From Marsupella aquatica (taxonomy: Eukaryota; Plantae; Marchantiophyta), in assembly GCA_973895155.1 (NCBI GenBank), contig OZ316891.1:12336771-12400770 (forward strand): 64,000 nucleotides of DNA, in the 5' to 3' direction. Positions 11,311 through 24,025 of this stretch are shown here, piece by piece. Under the pieces are notes generated by a model. It did not search any database, was not told the DNA's origin, and saw only the letters and a list, made by a program, of their open reading frames with translations. Positions within the stretch are counted from its first letter, which is position 1. Every line of letters begins with the position of its first letter. The translations under genes and the position numbers were made by a program.

Positions 11311-14300
11311 CACTTGTAATCTATATCACCCTAGTAACGATCAGTTTAGTGTAAAGAATAAATAATTAGTGAACATTTGAATCCCTTGGACAAAAGTTTA
11401 CAAGCCAGATAGAATTAGTAAGGCGGTAGCAGCTTTCCTTTAACATGTAGGGTAAGCCGACCTGGTCACTCTGGTTCTAAGGGGGTAGTTTTCTCACAAT
11501 AGTCCTGTAACACTTGGAATCAAAATCACCCTAGTCACATCAGGTTTATGCCATGAGTCAATAATTATTGAAAATTTTGAGTCTTTTAAGTCACCCTATT
11601 AAGTTAGCCAAACTTGGAAAACAATTGAAATGCATATATTATGAATGTTCTAAGCATTTGGATGCAAAGCAAAAAACTAAATCTGGAGAAATTATTATGG
11701 CATTGCTATGCTTTATGAAAACCAAAATATTTGACTTTCTGCACAGTTCTTGATCATTCCTCTGACATTAGATCATCCATAGTTTCAGGATGATTGTCAG
11801 ATCTAGCAACCAGAGTGCTAAACAAGAAAGACAATTGACCAATTCTTGTCTTTGTGTTAGTAGCCAGCACAAATTGTTGTCTAATTTGCAAAAAAACACT
11901 GGGTAAACGTGGGGGGGGGGGAAGCCTAGAGAGGAAGAGGTTTACACGGGTTCTTCTTTATTAAGGGAAACTCTGCAAGAGAAAGCCACACTACCGGCCT
12001 ACTGGCTGGAAAACCTGATTTCTATTTTTGTAAGTTTTCAACAAGCCTGATTATCCATTTCTAAATAGAGATCAGGAAAAAAGCCTAACATAAATAGGAC
12101 TCCGTGCTACTTCCTGTTCATTTTAGCCCCTATCCATGCTTTGTGTTTGCATCCTCAATTAGAGTCACCGTCTAGAGTCTTAGAAGGTAGGCCAGAAGGT
12201 AGCTTCTGGTTGCTCTTTATTAGTTAGCGTACCACAGGCACCTACGACACAACACACATATAACCCGTGATGGAAACTGAACTTGAGATCAGGTGGTCAC
12301 AAGTCACCCTTGGCCACCAGAGCTGACCACCAGGCATCCAATTGCTCGGATTTCTATGGTTCTTGTTTGATACAAAGAGCATTTTGGGATCACATGAGAT
12401 CCTTTCGAAGCATATGACTTGGCAATTTAAGAATAATAATAATAATTAAAAGGAGACTTCAAGACACCTAAAAGTTGGAGCCAGCTATTCCGCTAATTTA
12501 CCCGTTCTAATCTAGGTCTCAGAAATGGACATTCTAGATCTAAGAACTGGACGGTGAAATGCTACCCCTACCCTCTCAAAATGACCTACTGTAAATCTTG
12601 CATGATCTCCAATGGCTTCAAATCCTTGTAATTTCAAATCCAAGAGGAGTGCAATTTCCTACACAACTTACCACTAAGTTGTAGAATCTCTGAACCTACA
12701 TATGATATTCAACTTTAATAATCATTGTTGTTCAACTTGGGTAGAGAATATGGACCTAATTCTTGCTAGCAAATGCACTCTACTCTAATGAAGGACCTCA
12801 CTCGGTCCTCTCTTCAGACTAATGTTCGGGAAGGCTTTAAGTTTGGTTCCAAGTTGACATGACGACGTTGCATAAGTTGGGACTTGAGGCTGGGTCCAAT
12901 GTAGTGTCCCACAGCTCCAATAAAGAGAGGTGGAAAGCCCCTTTCTAAATGAAAACCTGGTCCCATCCGCCACCCCCCTCCTCCTCTGCAAAAGACCCAC
13001 CTGCTGGCCACCCCCAACCTCCACTCTAGTTTCTGAACATCGTTGTAACAGTTGAGGTTGCATCACGTGGCATGAGGTGGGAGAATGGTCGACCATATTT
13101 GGCCCTTTTTCATGAAAGCTAGCCCCTGGCCAAAAGCTTCCTACAGTACCTCGTGTATCGCTAATGGCTGGAATTCTTCCCTTTCTGAATCGAGAGTTTT
13201 TCGTTTGGGCCTTTCAGAAAGGGCACTCATTATAACCTTTCATAGTTACAGTCAGTCGTTCCTTTTCTTGCAAATATGATTACTGAAATCCTTCATCTAT
13301 AACCTCCCATGTGAATGATATATAGAAAATGGAACATGTGTTAGGACACAATTAGCCAAAAGCTTCCCTCATATATAAGGGTCTATTGATCAGACCTGAT
13401 GGCTCTCCTTAATCTATGGCAAATCTGATTGTTCCAACTTATGTGTTGTTAGGTGGCCCTTCAACGATCATCTGGCAGAAACTGCTTGAATGGACCACAA
13501 TTTGTGACCATGCAAGGTGGATAGACTTGGCAACTTTTGAGCCCACAAGTGTGACCATGTAGGCAAAAGAAAAATACCATTTGAGTTCAAAGCAATGTTT
13601 GAAAACAATCTATCCAGTTGTAATGGTCCATCCAAGTTGTTTGTCAGACATTGTGATCCATCTGGGTTCCTTTTTTCATTTGCCGCTTGGACTACTTTTG
13701 TGTAATATGCGCCCCCCCCCCCACAAAATCCTTGAGGCTAGGCTTACGGTAGAGGGGATGTCCCACCCACTAGGCTTACAGTAGAGGAGTTGTCCTAACA
13801 CAGTAACGCACCGTCCCTACTACTACTAATGCAAGGTCCACCACAATTTTTAGCAGCAGGTCCTTGAATGGGAATTTCTGGGCGATGCTATACAAACGTT
13901 ATTGCCACCCTCCACACATCAAGCAACCAACAGATGCAACAAAACTACCGTCACATTGTGAGGTATTTTCTTCGACCAGAGGAGAGCAAACAACAATTGG
14001 CCCCACAGGATGAGTGCAGGTTACCAAACTTCAGTACAAATCAAAGGATGTACTAGGCACGACCAAATAGGGCATAGACTATTCTTCAACAGCCAAGTCA
14101 CCGGTTGAGGGCCCTCTTGAAAGAATGAAGGAGCCTAGATTCCAACGTAGTAGGGCCATGGCATGGTGAGAATCATTGATAGCCAATTCCATTCAGGCAA
14201 AATTACCAAATTACGCCGACAGGTGCCAAATTTTCCAAAAACATTATTTTGTACTCTGACTTCTAAATTAGTTCTGCTCACTAATTTGATTTTCCGTCGT

Positions 14301-16389
14301 GGCATTGTGGTTCAATTTCAAAGAAGAATACACCAGCCCTATTATCTTGATACATGGTGCATGTTTAAAAACTTGGGACCATTGTAGGTCTAGGGAATTT
14401 TGGATTGTTGGCTCTTTGGTTTCCTGGGCTTTAATTTTCCTTTGGTTTCTTACCTTTATTGGGTCTCCTGTCGTGCCTCCTGGGATCCTGTCTCCTCTCC
14501 TGGTTTGGTGCTTTTTACATGTATTAAGCTAAAATCTGATCTCGCTTTCACTCACCACAGCTGTACCATTCTAAGTCTCTAAGCTCACTTAGGTCCACTA
14601 CGTGTTGTCTGTGTCCATTAAAGTATGAAATGTACATGTGTTATATGCACCAACATTCCAGAGAATATGAAAATGGCCCTACCACTATCCTTGTTCTTAA
14701 ATTATCTCCTCTAATTATCGAGGGTAGTTCTGAACAAGTATATATGCTTTTCCTTTTTGGTTTTGAAAGCAAACTTTACTAAATGCATTGCACCATGCCC
14801 TGGATTGTGTCCGGCGCCTGAAAAACATCATTTCTGAGGAGAGTGAGGCAAATTTTGGTTTGCATCCAGACCTTGAGTTTGACCACACATTCCGAGCGAC
14901 AAAAATGTTTTTCCTGGCCTGGCAAAACCACTTTACACCCGCTAGAACAGCTCATATTCTCGTCTAGGCGAGTCCAGACATATTCTCTCTGTGGTCCAAA
15001 CATATTCTCTCTGTGGTCCCAGCATATTCTCTGTTGCCCTGAGCTACATTGTTTGCTGTTGATGCAATTGGAAGAATTTTGGAACCCAAAAGTAGGGTGC
15101 CAGTGACCACCCTGCTTAACACCTTTGTGCATACAAATATCAGGGTTTGCTTAACCCCGCCAAACAGCACCAGATGGCAGCTTGCTGCGCCTCAGCAGGT
15201 GCGGATCGTCTACCCAATAGAACACTATTCAGAAGCATACAAGAAGGGTCTTGGCCTACCTGTGGTTTGGCAGTCAGGTTTTCTTTGGCGTTTGATCCTT
15301 ACGGGGCACATATATAGGGAGCCCGTAAGGCTTTTAACCCGGTCATAAAACCATTTTATGTTCTTGGCCATACTTGCCTTATGGCCCTGGTTTGACATGC
15401 CCTAATAGTATGACTCAAAAACTTGACATAGACCTCCCAAACTCCCCTGCCAGATCTGCAGCCTGCATTGTTGGGCAGGGCCTCCATTCTATATAACTTC
15501 CTGGAGTGTTTTCTTTTACCACATATGTTCTAGTGCAAGCATAGGCGGCATTTGAAAAACACAGGAACGTCCTGTGCAATGGACAACCCATAAGATTTAA
15601 CTTTATCCTATGAAGGACATTAAGGAGCATTGTTTTTTGGCAGAACACAGCACTACCTGATCATTATTCTGATTGATATGCAAGGTGGATTCTCAGTCTC
15701 TGGCTGGGTCTCTCATATAGCATATAGCAGGCTCATCCTGGAACTCATTTCAGTTTTTATTTTGTAGCGGAAACACTCTTTAGTTTAATAGGGCCATAGG
15801 CAACTTTAGTGTGTATACTAGTTAAGGGCAGCCAGTTTAGGGCAAACAGTTTAACACGGCAATTGAAGGGCGGCGAGTTTAGGGCGAGTCTTGAGGCGAG
15901 TCTTGGATGAAACCTCAAGGGGGTCACTATACGGAGGGCCATACATAGTGTGCGACATTTTAGGGTTTGACCCCCCTAACTTATAAGTGACAATTTTTTG
16001 TTTGGCAAAACCTTTAGTTTCTTTCTTTAAATTTTGCCATTTTTTACTAAAAAACCCCTAAAAACTTTAAAGAAAGTATTTTTTACAATTAAAGAGGTCT
16101 ATCAATGTGTTCTTTAACACCAACAAATCAATAAAACATGCCCTATGTGTTCTTCCACAAAATTTGGGAAGTCTTCCGCCACACCTATTTAAATGGGCCT
16201 ATATTTTGTCGCACATGATGTGCCACTTCCGAGGAAGTGACCTCCCATGATGAAACCACGGTGTCGTGATTTTCTCTTAAGTTATAAAAAAATTATTTGT
16301 TTTAAAATGTTATAGATTATATAAGTAGTTTAGTAGTTAGATTATTAAATTTAGACTATATTAACTTCTTTAGCTATATTAATGGACTA

Positions 16390-16625
16390 CAGTAGTTTCA
16401 CCAATGCATATGAGTAGTTCTACCAACGCACAATAGTTCTACCAACGCACAGTAGGACCACTAACGCATAATAGGTCCACCAACGCATAGTAGAACCACC
16501 AACGCACAGTAGTTCCACCAACGCACAATAGTTCCACCAACGCATAGTAGGTCCACCAACGTACAGTAATTCCACCAATGCATGGTAGTTCCACCTACTA
16601 AAAATAGTTTCACCAACTATGAACA
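16390..16625. repeat. 19-bp minisatellite, about 12 copies
   Basis: Consensus TAGTTCCACCAACGCACAG repeated head-to-tail with substitutions. Confidence 0.9.
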
Positions 16626-16689
16626 GTACTAGCACACTCTTAGGTATTTGATGCTTGCTACTTGGCCTTCATCCAAGTGCTTGGGCTTG

Positions 16690-19600
16690 ATCCATGCCAT
16701 CTTGGTGTGCACTATAAATAAAGTGGTGAGGGGCACTCTCCCCTCATTCCGCAGTGTTTATCATTCAAGATTGTGAAGCTCTTTTGTGCCTTAAACATAG
16801 TAGTGGGGCGTCCTTTGGCCCAGATAGCAAATGAATGAGTGGTAGACTTAGATGGGACCTTAGGGAATAAGGTTTCTTTGGGAATGTAAGGGTGGGGCGT
16901 CCTTTGGCCCGGATAGCAAAGGAATAGGAGAGTCATCATGAATCCAGGAGAGAGAGTTATCCCTGATCTTCCCCTTCGTAATCTTTTAGACAAACCATCT
17001 ATGAGGCAACATCTAACCTATCATTTTGGAGCTCAGTTTGCAACTGCTGTTATGGTTTCTAACGAGTCAATAATATACCCAGTAGTGTCGTACCGAGAGG
17101 AGTGGGAGTGCATCATCTTTGTCCTTTATTGAAGTCATGGATCTGAATAGGAGTCCGGATGATATTCCTGTTTCATTTTCTCTTGGAGATATTAGGATCA
17201 TATGTCATAAGAAAACTCATTTTCGTGATGTGTTGGTCCGCAAGTATGGTGAAGTAGGATTTAACAGTATTTTAGTTTCACCTGAACCTTTCTTAATACC
17301 CACTACCCTTGTTACTAGAATTATCATTTTGATTTTAGTGTAGAACTTATGAGCATGCAAGGTTAACTTCATAAGAGCCAACATGCTCTTGCCAGGAAAA
17401 AACGGTCACCCGGACAACGGAAAAACAGGTGTCACACCATTTAGAGTGGTAGTATAGCATATCGTACTATCTAGGAGAAGTTTTATATGTGTGCTATATG
17501 AGCACTTCGTGTTTAGTTTGAGTTGGTGTGAGGGATAGTTATCCCCTTGTGTTGGCTCAAAGACCTCATCTTTCAATGTTGAGCCTTTAAGCATGAGCTT
17601 GGTGGCTATGGTATGGCTGACCAGGTTGTGTGCATGTAACGTGGATTCCTTGAAGCACAAGGTGCGTTGGGCTTGACATACATGTGTGATCGCGTCAGAT
17701 GGGATTGTTGTTGGATTAGCACCGATCGTTGTTTGATTTGCACCATTGAAGAAGATTATTATGGGTTTTGGGCATGAGTGGTGGACCTTGCCACCCAGCG
17801 CCCTCACCAATCCCAGCACCCACGTCTAAGTGCCTCTGGTGCCCGAACGTCTCCACGGAAGACCTTGAGCAAGCAACCTAGTGCCCTTTGCACCACCAGC
17901 GGCCCCCCCATACGAAGCCGCACTTGCTCTCCAACACGACCGCTACTCAACGGTCCTCACTGTCTGCACAAGCAACCAAGCGTCTCGGTAAGTAACCCTT
18001 CAGGATCTAGATATCCCCAAACTGTCTAACATCCTAACTCAAGCTCAACAGACATTGGTAAGTAGGTCAACGATAGGTCCTCCTGATGCCATAAGTCGGA
18101 ACCAGAACCAATGTCCACTGTTCGTCCAGAATAGCTCCTTCCTTGGACGTAGCCCGGGTTCCCCCTCGTATCTATCCATCACCAACTGACTGCCCTGCCT
18201 CTAGGACATGCTCATGGCCCAAATAGCGTAGCTTGTCCTAAAGCTTGTTCCAAGCTTGTCCCAACATGTCGGGACCAGAACGGCCCTGATTTTAGCAACT
18301 AACTCCCGGTTCTTGCCCCACTGATGGTCTAGGGGCCAAGTGCCCTTGGAACTCAACCTCCACGCCTACTTGGCCTTGCCTCCCCAACGCAAGCTCCCTT
18401 GAGAGATTGAACGCGGCTTGGCTGCTGTTTCGGCAGGATTTGGCAAGCGGGCGAGATAACACCCGCAAACCTTGAGAACCTACAGTGCCCCCAGACCTAG
18501 CTGAGCTTAGGAGGATGTAGCCCTTCTTGAGAGCTTTTCAAGAAGTTACCATCGTTTTAGTTTGGCGTTTTCCCTTTATTGTCGCGACCGCCTTGGCTCA
18601 CGATTTCGGCTCGCCCTTAGCCCCCAGGGAGACACCACTCCCCTCCTATATGCTTCTAGAGACCTGCCACCCTCAGACCAACTTTGGTCCTCAATTTTTT
18701 GGTCCATAACCCGGATCCTATCCCGCATGTCTGGGCGCGCCACCAACTGACAACGCCCATAACTTCCTAGTTAGGCGTCCGCAAGCGGAGTGCCTTAGCC
18801 CATTGTGATTGGGCCGACCCAGTGCTCATGCCAAGGCCCTCAGATCTTATCGCCGCTTGGGGCCCCCGATCGGCCAAACCCAGACCAGGCCATAACTTGC
18901 GCGCCAAGCTTCGTTGCCCATGACGTCAACTCCATTGGCCTTGGACCCTAGAGGAGCTCTCGCTCAAGCCCTCAGAACTCAAAGTCCGTCCAGGGGTCCA
19001 GACGGTTGACCTTGAGCCCGGCCCCTTTCCCCTCAACCCGACCAACACTCAGCTAGTCTAAGTCCTTAGTGTGTGTCACTAGCTTGGCGCCTTGCCTTCG
19101 CTAGTGCCACGTCTCATTGCCCACAAGTCTCCCCATGCTAAGTCCTCATCGGATGACTTATCCGGGCTTGGACCATAAGGGAGCTTGGCGTCGAAGTCAG
19201 CGACACCGGAGCTAAGTGTTAAGGTAGTCGAATTTTGCAACTGCATGTGTGGACATGGGTTCCATTTGTAGTTCATTCTCTTATGTTTGTGTTGTTGGAT
19301 TGTGACTATGCTTGGATATGTGTGACAAGCGATGTATGTTGTGTAGCGATGTGTACGTGCACGACACAGGGGATTAGACACCGAGATTAGACACCGAGAT
19401 TGCTTGTTAGTTTTATTAGGGGTGCTTCCGTGCTTCTTGAGCTCGATGTTGCAGGTCGATGTGCTGGGCTCAATGTGCTCTGTTCCCATTCTGCTGCTGT
19501 TTTTGCTTGCTGGTGCACTTGCTTTTTCTCGGTCCTTCTGCTGCTCAGTAGCTGCTCGGTAGCAAAAAGTGCTTGGACTTGCTGTTCAATGTTTGGTTAA

Positions 19601-19900
19601 TTAGTCCTTGCTCCAATTGTGCTCTCACTGTCTCTTGTTGTTTGCCTTGATGTTGTGCTGTCTCTCCATTCCCCTTGACTACTAGAGAGTTGAGAGTTTT
19701 GATGGTGGTGTTGTATGTCATCAGTCCGCTCTCGCTGGTAGTCTCCTTGTCCTCTAGCTAGATGTTGTTGCTCGATGCTTGATGGTCAATACTCGCTGCT
19801 GCTGGATGCTAGTGGCCAATCTCCATTGATGGATTGCTGCGGTGGATGTTTTAACATGTGTGGCCTCGGCTGTGCTTCACCATTCTGTAGTTGATGCTCA
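16690..19900. mobile_element. Degenerate retroelement-like non-coding block; family not resolved
   Basis: CTATAAATA near 16712, a direct repeat GTGGGGCGTCCTTTGGCCC.GATAGCAAA (16803, 16892) and GC-rich GCCCATAACTT-type motifs. No intact ORF; boundaries uncertain. Confidence 0.3.
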
Positions 19901-20190
19901 TTTTGATTTGCTCATTTAGGATTTTTGGCATTTGGTAGAATTGACAAGATTCTGAGTCCTATGCTGAGATTTGCAGAACACAAATGATTATCAAACCAGT
20001 TGATGGTAGGATCCTATCCATTTTCAGATTGGTGCCAAGACTGCTTTGTAAGAATTGTTTCAGTTGCTGATAGGCAAAGTTAACTTAGATGATATACGAT
20101 TTTGAGGCATCCTGGGCATTGTGTCAATCTTTAGCTCAGAACCTTTGTTAAATCCTTTGTTTCTTTCAAATAGCCTGCTCTGCACTCCTA

Positions 20191-20516
20191 GGGCTAGGTT
20201 CCATGGGGCTGGGAGTAAGGAGTACTGATGCTGTCAGAGTTTTGAAGCCAATAAGATTGCAGCTTTTCCAGGGACTGAGGGGTGTACAAATACTGTATCA
20301 AGGAGTATGATTTTCCCTCACACTCCCTCTTAAACTTCAGGGGTACCCCCTTCCCCTGTATAAGAACAGTACAGGGTATTCTCATTGGCTCCTGAGTCAA
20401 AATTCATATATTTAAAATACTGTATACACCTTGGCATACGGTGTATTTGGGCCCAGCCTAGGGGATGTCAGAGGGATTGACCGTACTCCCTACCCCTGGC
20501 CCATGGAACCTGGCCC
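20191..20516. mobile_element. Tourist/PIF-Harbinger-like MITE
   Basis: ~40-bp imperfect TIRs (GGGCTAGGTTCCATGG... / ...CCATGGAACCTGGCCC) flanked by CTA and TTA, close to a TWA target-site duplication. Confidence 0.7.
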
Positions 20517-21488
20517 TTAGCTTGTTGATTTGATTTCTAAATACTCCACAAGGTTGCAATGAATTATGTTCACGGCATCTCCATTTTTTTAGATTCCTAC
20601 ATTGACTGAATCAATCTGCCTCCTTTCTGGCCACAGGTTCAAAGTCCATACTCTACTTGGAAGGTTGTACTCACTGGAAAACTCAGGGTTCAATTTCCTG
20701 AAAGAGGTTTAAGTGTTTGGTGTCTTTAAGAGCAAAAATTAGGTTACAAAGAGCCAGGCTGTGAAAAAACCTCAGGCAACATACATGTCTCAGAAAAAAA
20801 TTCTGCCATTGCATGGATCTGGTTAATTTGTGTGAAAATCTGTCTTGGAAAATTCCTGACATTGTTTGGGATTTGGGGATATGGGTAAAATATAACCCTT
20901 CAATTTTCCTTAGAGGGGTAAACAATTAAATCAAAAGTAAGGATTCCTTTTTTCTGCAAAAGGGGTTTGAACATAGTCCATAAGTGAATAATTTTAATAA
21001 ATGTCTTATTGTAAGAGCACATTAAGATATTAATTTATGCCAAAATAAAACTCGAAATAAAACAGGAAAAAAAGTAAAGATGGTTTGCCATATAGCAATG
21101 TTGGAATTTTTTCCTGGGCTGGGTCTCTCATATACATGGGTTTGGAAAAGCTCACTCTTACAGTTTGCTCCTAGAAGATCTCCACTTTCCTTTAATTTGC
21201 AGTCACCTGTTCTGTTAAGACAGGTTTAGGTTTTTCATTTCCACTTTCTCCCACTCTGGGGTTCATTCTTTCATTTTTCTTAAATTTTCTTCAAACTTTA
21301 TTTCCCTTCATTTCTTGTCATGACATCTTGATGACTGTTATTTGTACTACTGGAATGTCCCCTGCTAGAGAGTTAATTTAATTGATGGCCTCCACACGAG
21401 TGGAGTCATTCAGTTTTAATGCTATCAAAGCAAAATGTTATATTGGCTTGGTTTTTTTGAAGTTGGAAACTAAATGCTATTGGATTCA

Positions 21489-22170
21489 GAGGGATATGCT
21501 TAATAGACCCTCTCCTGGAGATAGTTTGTTTGATCAACCCCCTGAAAACATTTTTGCCCCAATCGACCCCCTCTTTATGATCCGTACCCTTTGTTATTCT
21601 ATAAGTTATTATAGAGTGAGTTTCTGCCTTATAAAGACCAAATTGGGTCACTTGTCACTTTAGCCATTTCAACCACGAACTATGCTCAGAATCACACTGA
21701 CCCTCGTGAAAAGCCGCTGAGAAGTCATCACTGTTCGAGTGTGGACAAGAAAAACAGAATGGGAGGATATCAAAAAAATGTGGAATGATGTTTACAAAGC
21801 AAAGACATTCATGTCAATGTCTTCCCATGAGAATAACCCTAATGTCGATGTATAAGCAGCGCAAACATTCAACGCCTACGGTTCAGTTTGCGGCCCAGGA
21901 ATGGTTGCGGCTTGACAACGTTCGGTCACTGTGATTCTGAGCATGGTTCGTGGTTGAAATGGCTACAGTGACAAGTGACCCAATTTGGTCTTTGTAAGAC
22001 AAAAACTCACTTTATAATAACTTATAGAAAAACAAAGGGTACAGATCATAAAGAGGGGGTCGATTGGGACAAAAATGCTTCCAAGGGTTGATCAAACAAA
22101 CTATCTCCAGGAGGGGGTCTATTGAGCATGTCCCAAACTATCTCCAGGAGGTCTATTGAGCATGTCCCTC
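21489..22170. mobile_element. Mutator-like foldback element with ~220-bp TIRs and a 10-bp TSD
   Basis: 21489-~21705 is the reverse complement of ~21924-22170. ATTGGATTCA is duplicated exactly at 21479-21488 and 22171-22180. A ~30-bp duplication lies inside the right TIR. Confidence 0.92.
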
Positions 22171-24025
22171 ATTGGATTCATGATTGCATCCCATCTGAGC
22201 CGTAGTTTTACTGTTTTTGGTGTATTTTCTATTATTTTAAATTTTGACTTAAGTAATAAATGCAAACGTTTCTAAAGATGTTTTTAGGTCCAGCTTGCGA
22301 ATCCAACAAACGGTCTGATTCTTAGATTTAAGTTCTATAATTTAGCGTGAAAATTCTGTTGTCCATTGGTGCAAATGGTCGATCTGTTACGTTTTCTTTT
22401 TTGCTTCCACTCATGACTCCATTCAGATTATTATTTAGGATGCAGACTGGGTACGTATATCTTGCAGCGATTGCATATATACATTTCATGGAGGAAGTAA
22501 CTTTAAGCCAGTCATCATGCTCCACACTGTCACTAGGAAATTGGAATTGCATGAAGGTGACAAGGGTTTCTTGAGAGCTTCTTTTATCTCACTTGGTCAT
22601 GAAGCCAAGTCCATGATGCTGTCGAGAAAACGACCTTGTTGATTATGGAAAAGAGAATAAAACCTTCGAGCAATTTCGTTTGGGAGTCGATGTCGATCGC
22701 CTTCACATGTGGACTTATTCACTACGTGCTTCGATTGATGGCCAAGGTTGTTGCAGAACGATGGGGCCGAGAGCATTCGCGAGGCAGTTTGGGAATAAAA
22801 TGTGACTTGGAGTACGTTCATGGTTACTCATGTGAGTAAAGGATTCCTGAGCAGTTAAAAGACTGGCTCCTAGTTTAGTTCACATTCAGATAGCTAGGTT
22901 GAAAGACCTGGCTCCTAGTTTAATTAGTTCACATTCATAATGGGAGGTCCATAGCAGCCATAGACATGGATAAAATAAGCTGTTTACATAGATGTTGTTA
23001 GGTATCAAAGGAACAAAGTTTGACGGTTCTAGTGAAATCTTCCAGTTAGATACGCCGAAAGACCAAAATGTAAAGTGCAACCCCGTTTGAGCTTCCGCTA
23101 GTTCATTACATCCGAGCTCTGAAAGAATCAAGCACTGTTAAATACAGTAGCACATCACGTAGACACTAAGGGGGGCCCTCCACGTCCAGCTTGTGAATGA
23201 GATGCGCAAAGCCAGAGAAAATGAAACGCACTTAGGTACTTGCAATGCAAGTCAATGTAGACTGGACCTGAAATCAAACCTTGGTGGTCCAAGAGAAGAT
23301 CCCACCTTATACGATTACATTGCAGGCCCTGAGGAACAATAATTTATGGAAAAGAAGTTCCGATAACCTAGGTCCAGTTCCTTCTAATGAAAGGAGGGTT
23401 TGCTATCAAAACCTTAAGTGCCCTACGTACAAAGCCCCATCTGCTAAGTCCTAATTAAAGAGTTCCTAGGCCACAAACAGGACGTCTCCTAAAAAGATTC
23501 AAAGTACATGCGTTCAGAGTAGGACTTGCACAGCTATGGAGACGGAATTCACTCTAATAGAGCAGTAGCAGGATACTTGCCTATCATCTCATTCTCAAGG
23601 GTTGAAAATATGAGAATACTTCTATTCGAGTTGAACTGGCTACGTAAATGCCCACATGTTACCCACTATTGAAGATGAATATGAAGAGGTCCCTGTACAA
23701 CCGGAGGTCACAACGGATTTGTGGAAGGGCAAGTACTAGTTGCAATTGCAGCTGGAATCCCTTCCTGCCAAAGCGAGAGCCGGCACTCTACGACTTGCCT
23801 GGGCCGCCATCTCGACCCTTAAACTTGATCTATATCAAAAGCACCATTGATTTGTAGCCTTTGGAAGTATGCTCTGAGGGATAGCCAAACAGGATTGGAG
23901 AGTACACATGCTGCAGTCTAGCATCTCTCAGTCCAAAACCACTTGCCCTACCACACACTAGCTCCATAAGGAGGCTATGCATCGAGCTCTCCAGCTCAGA
24001 TGAGCCCGAACTCAAAAACATCTAA

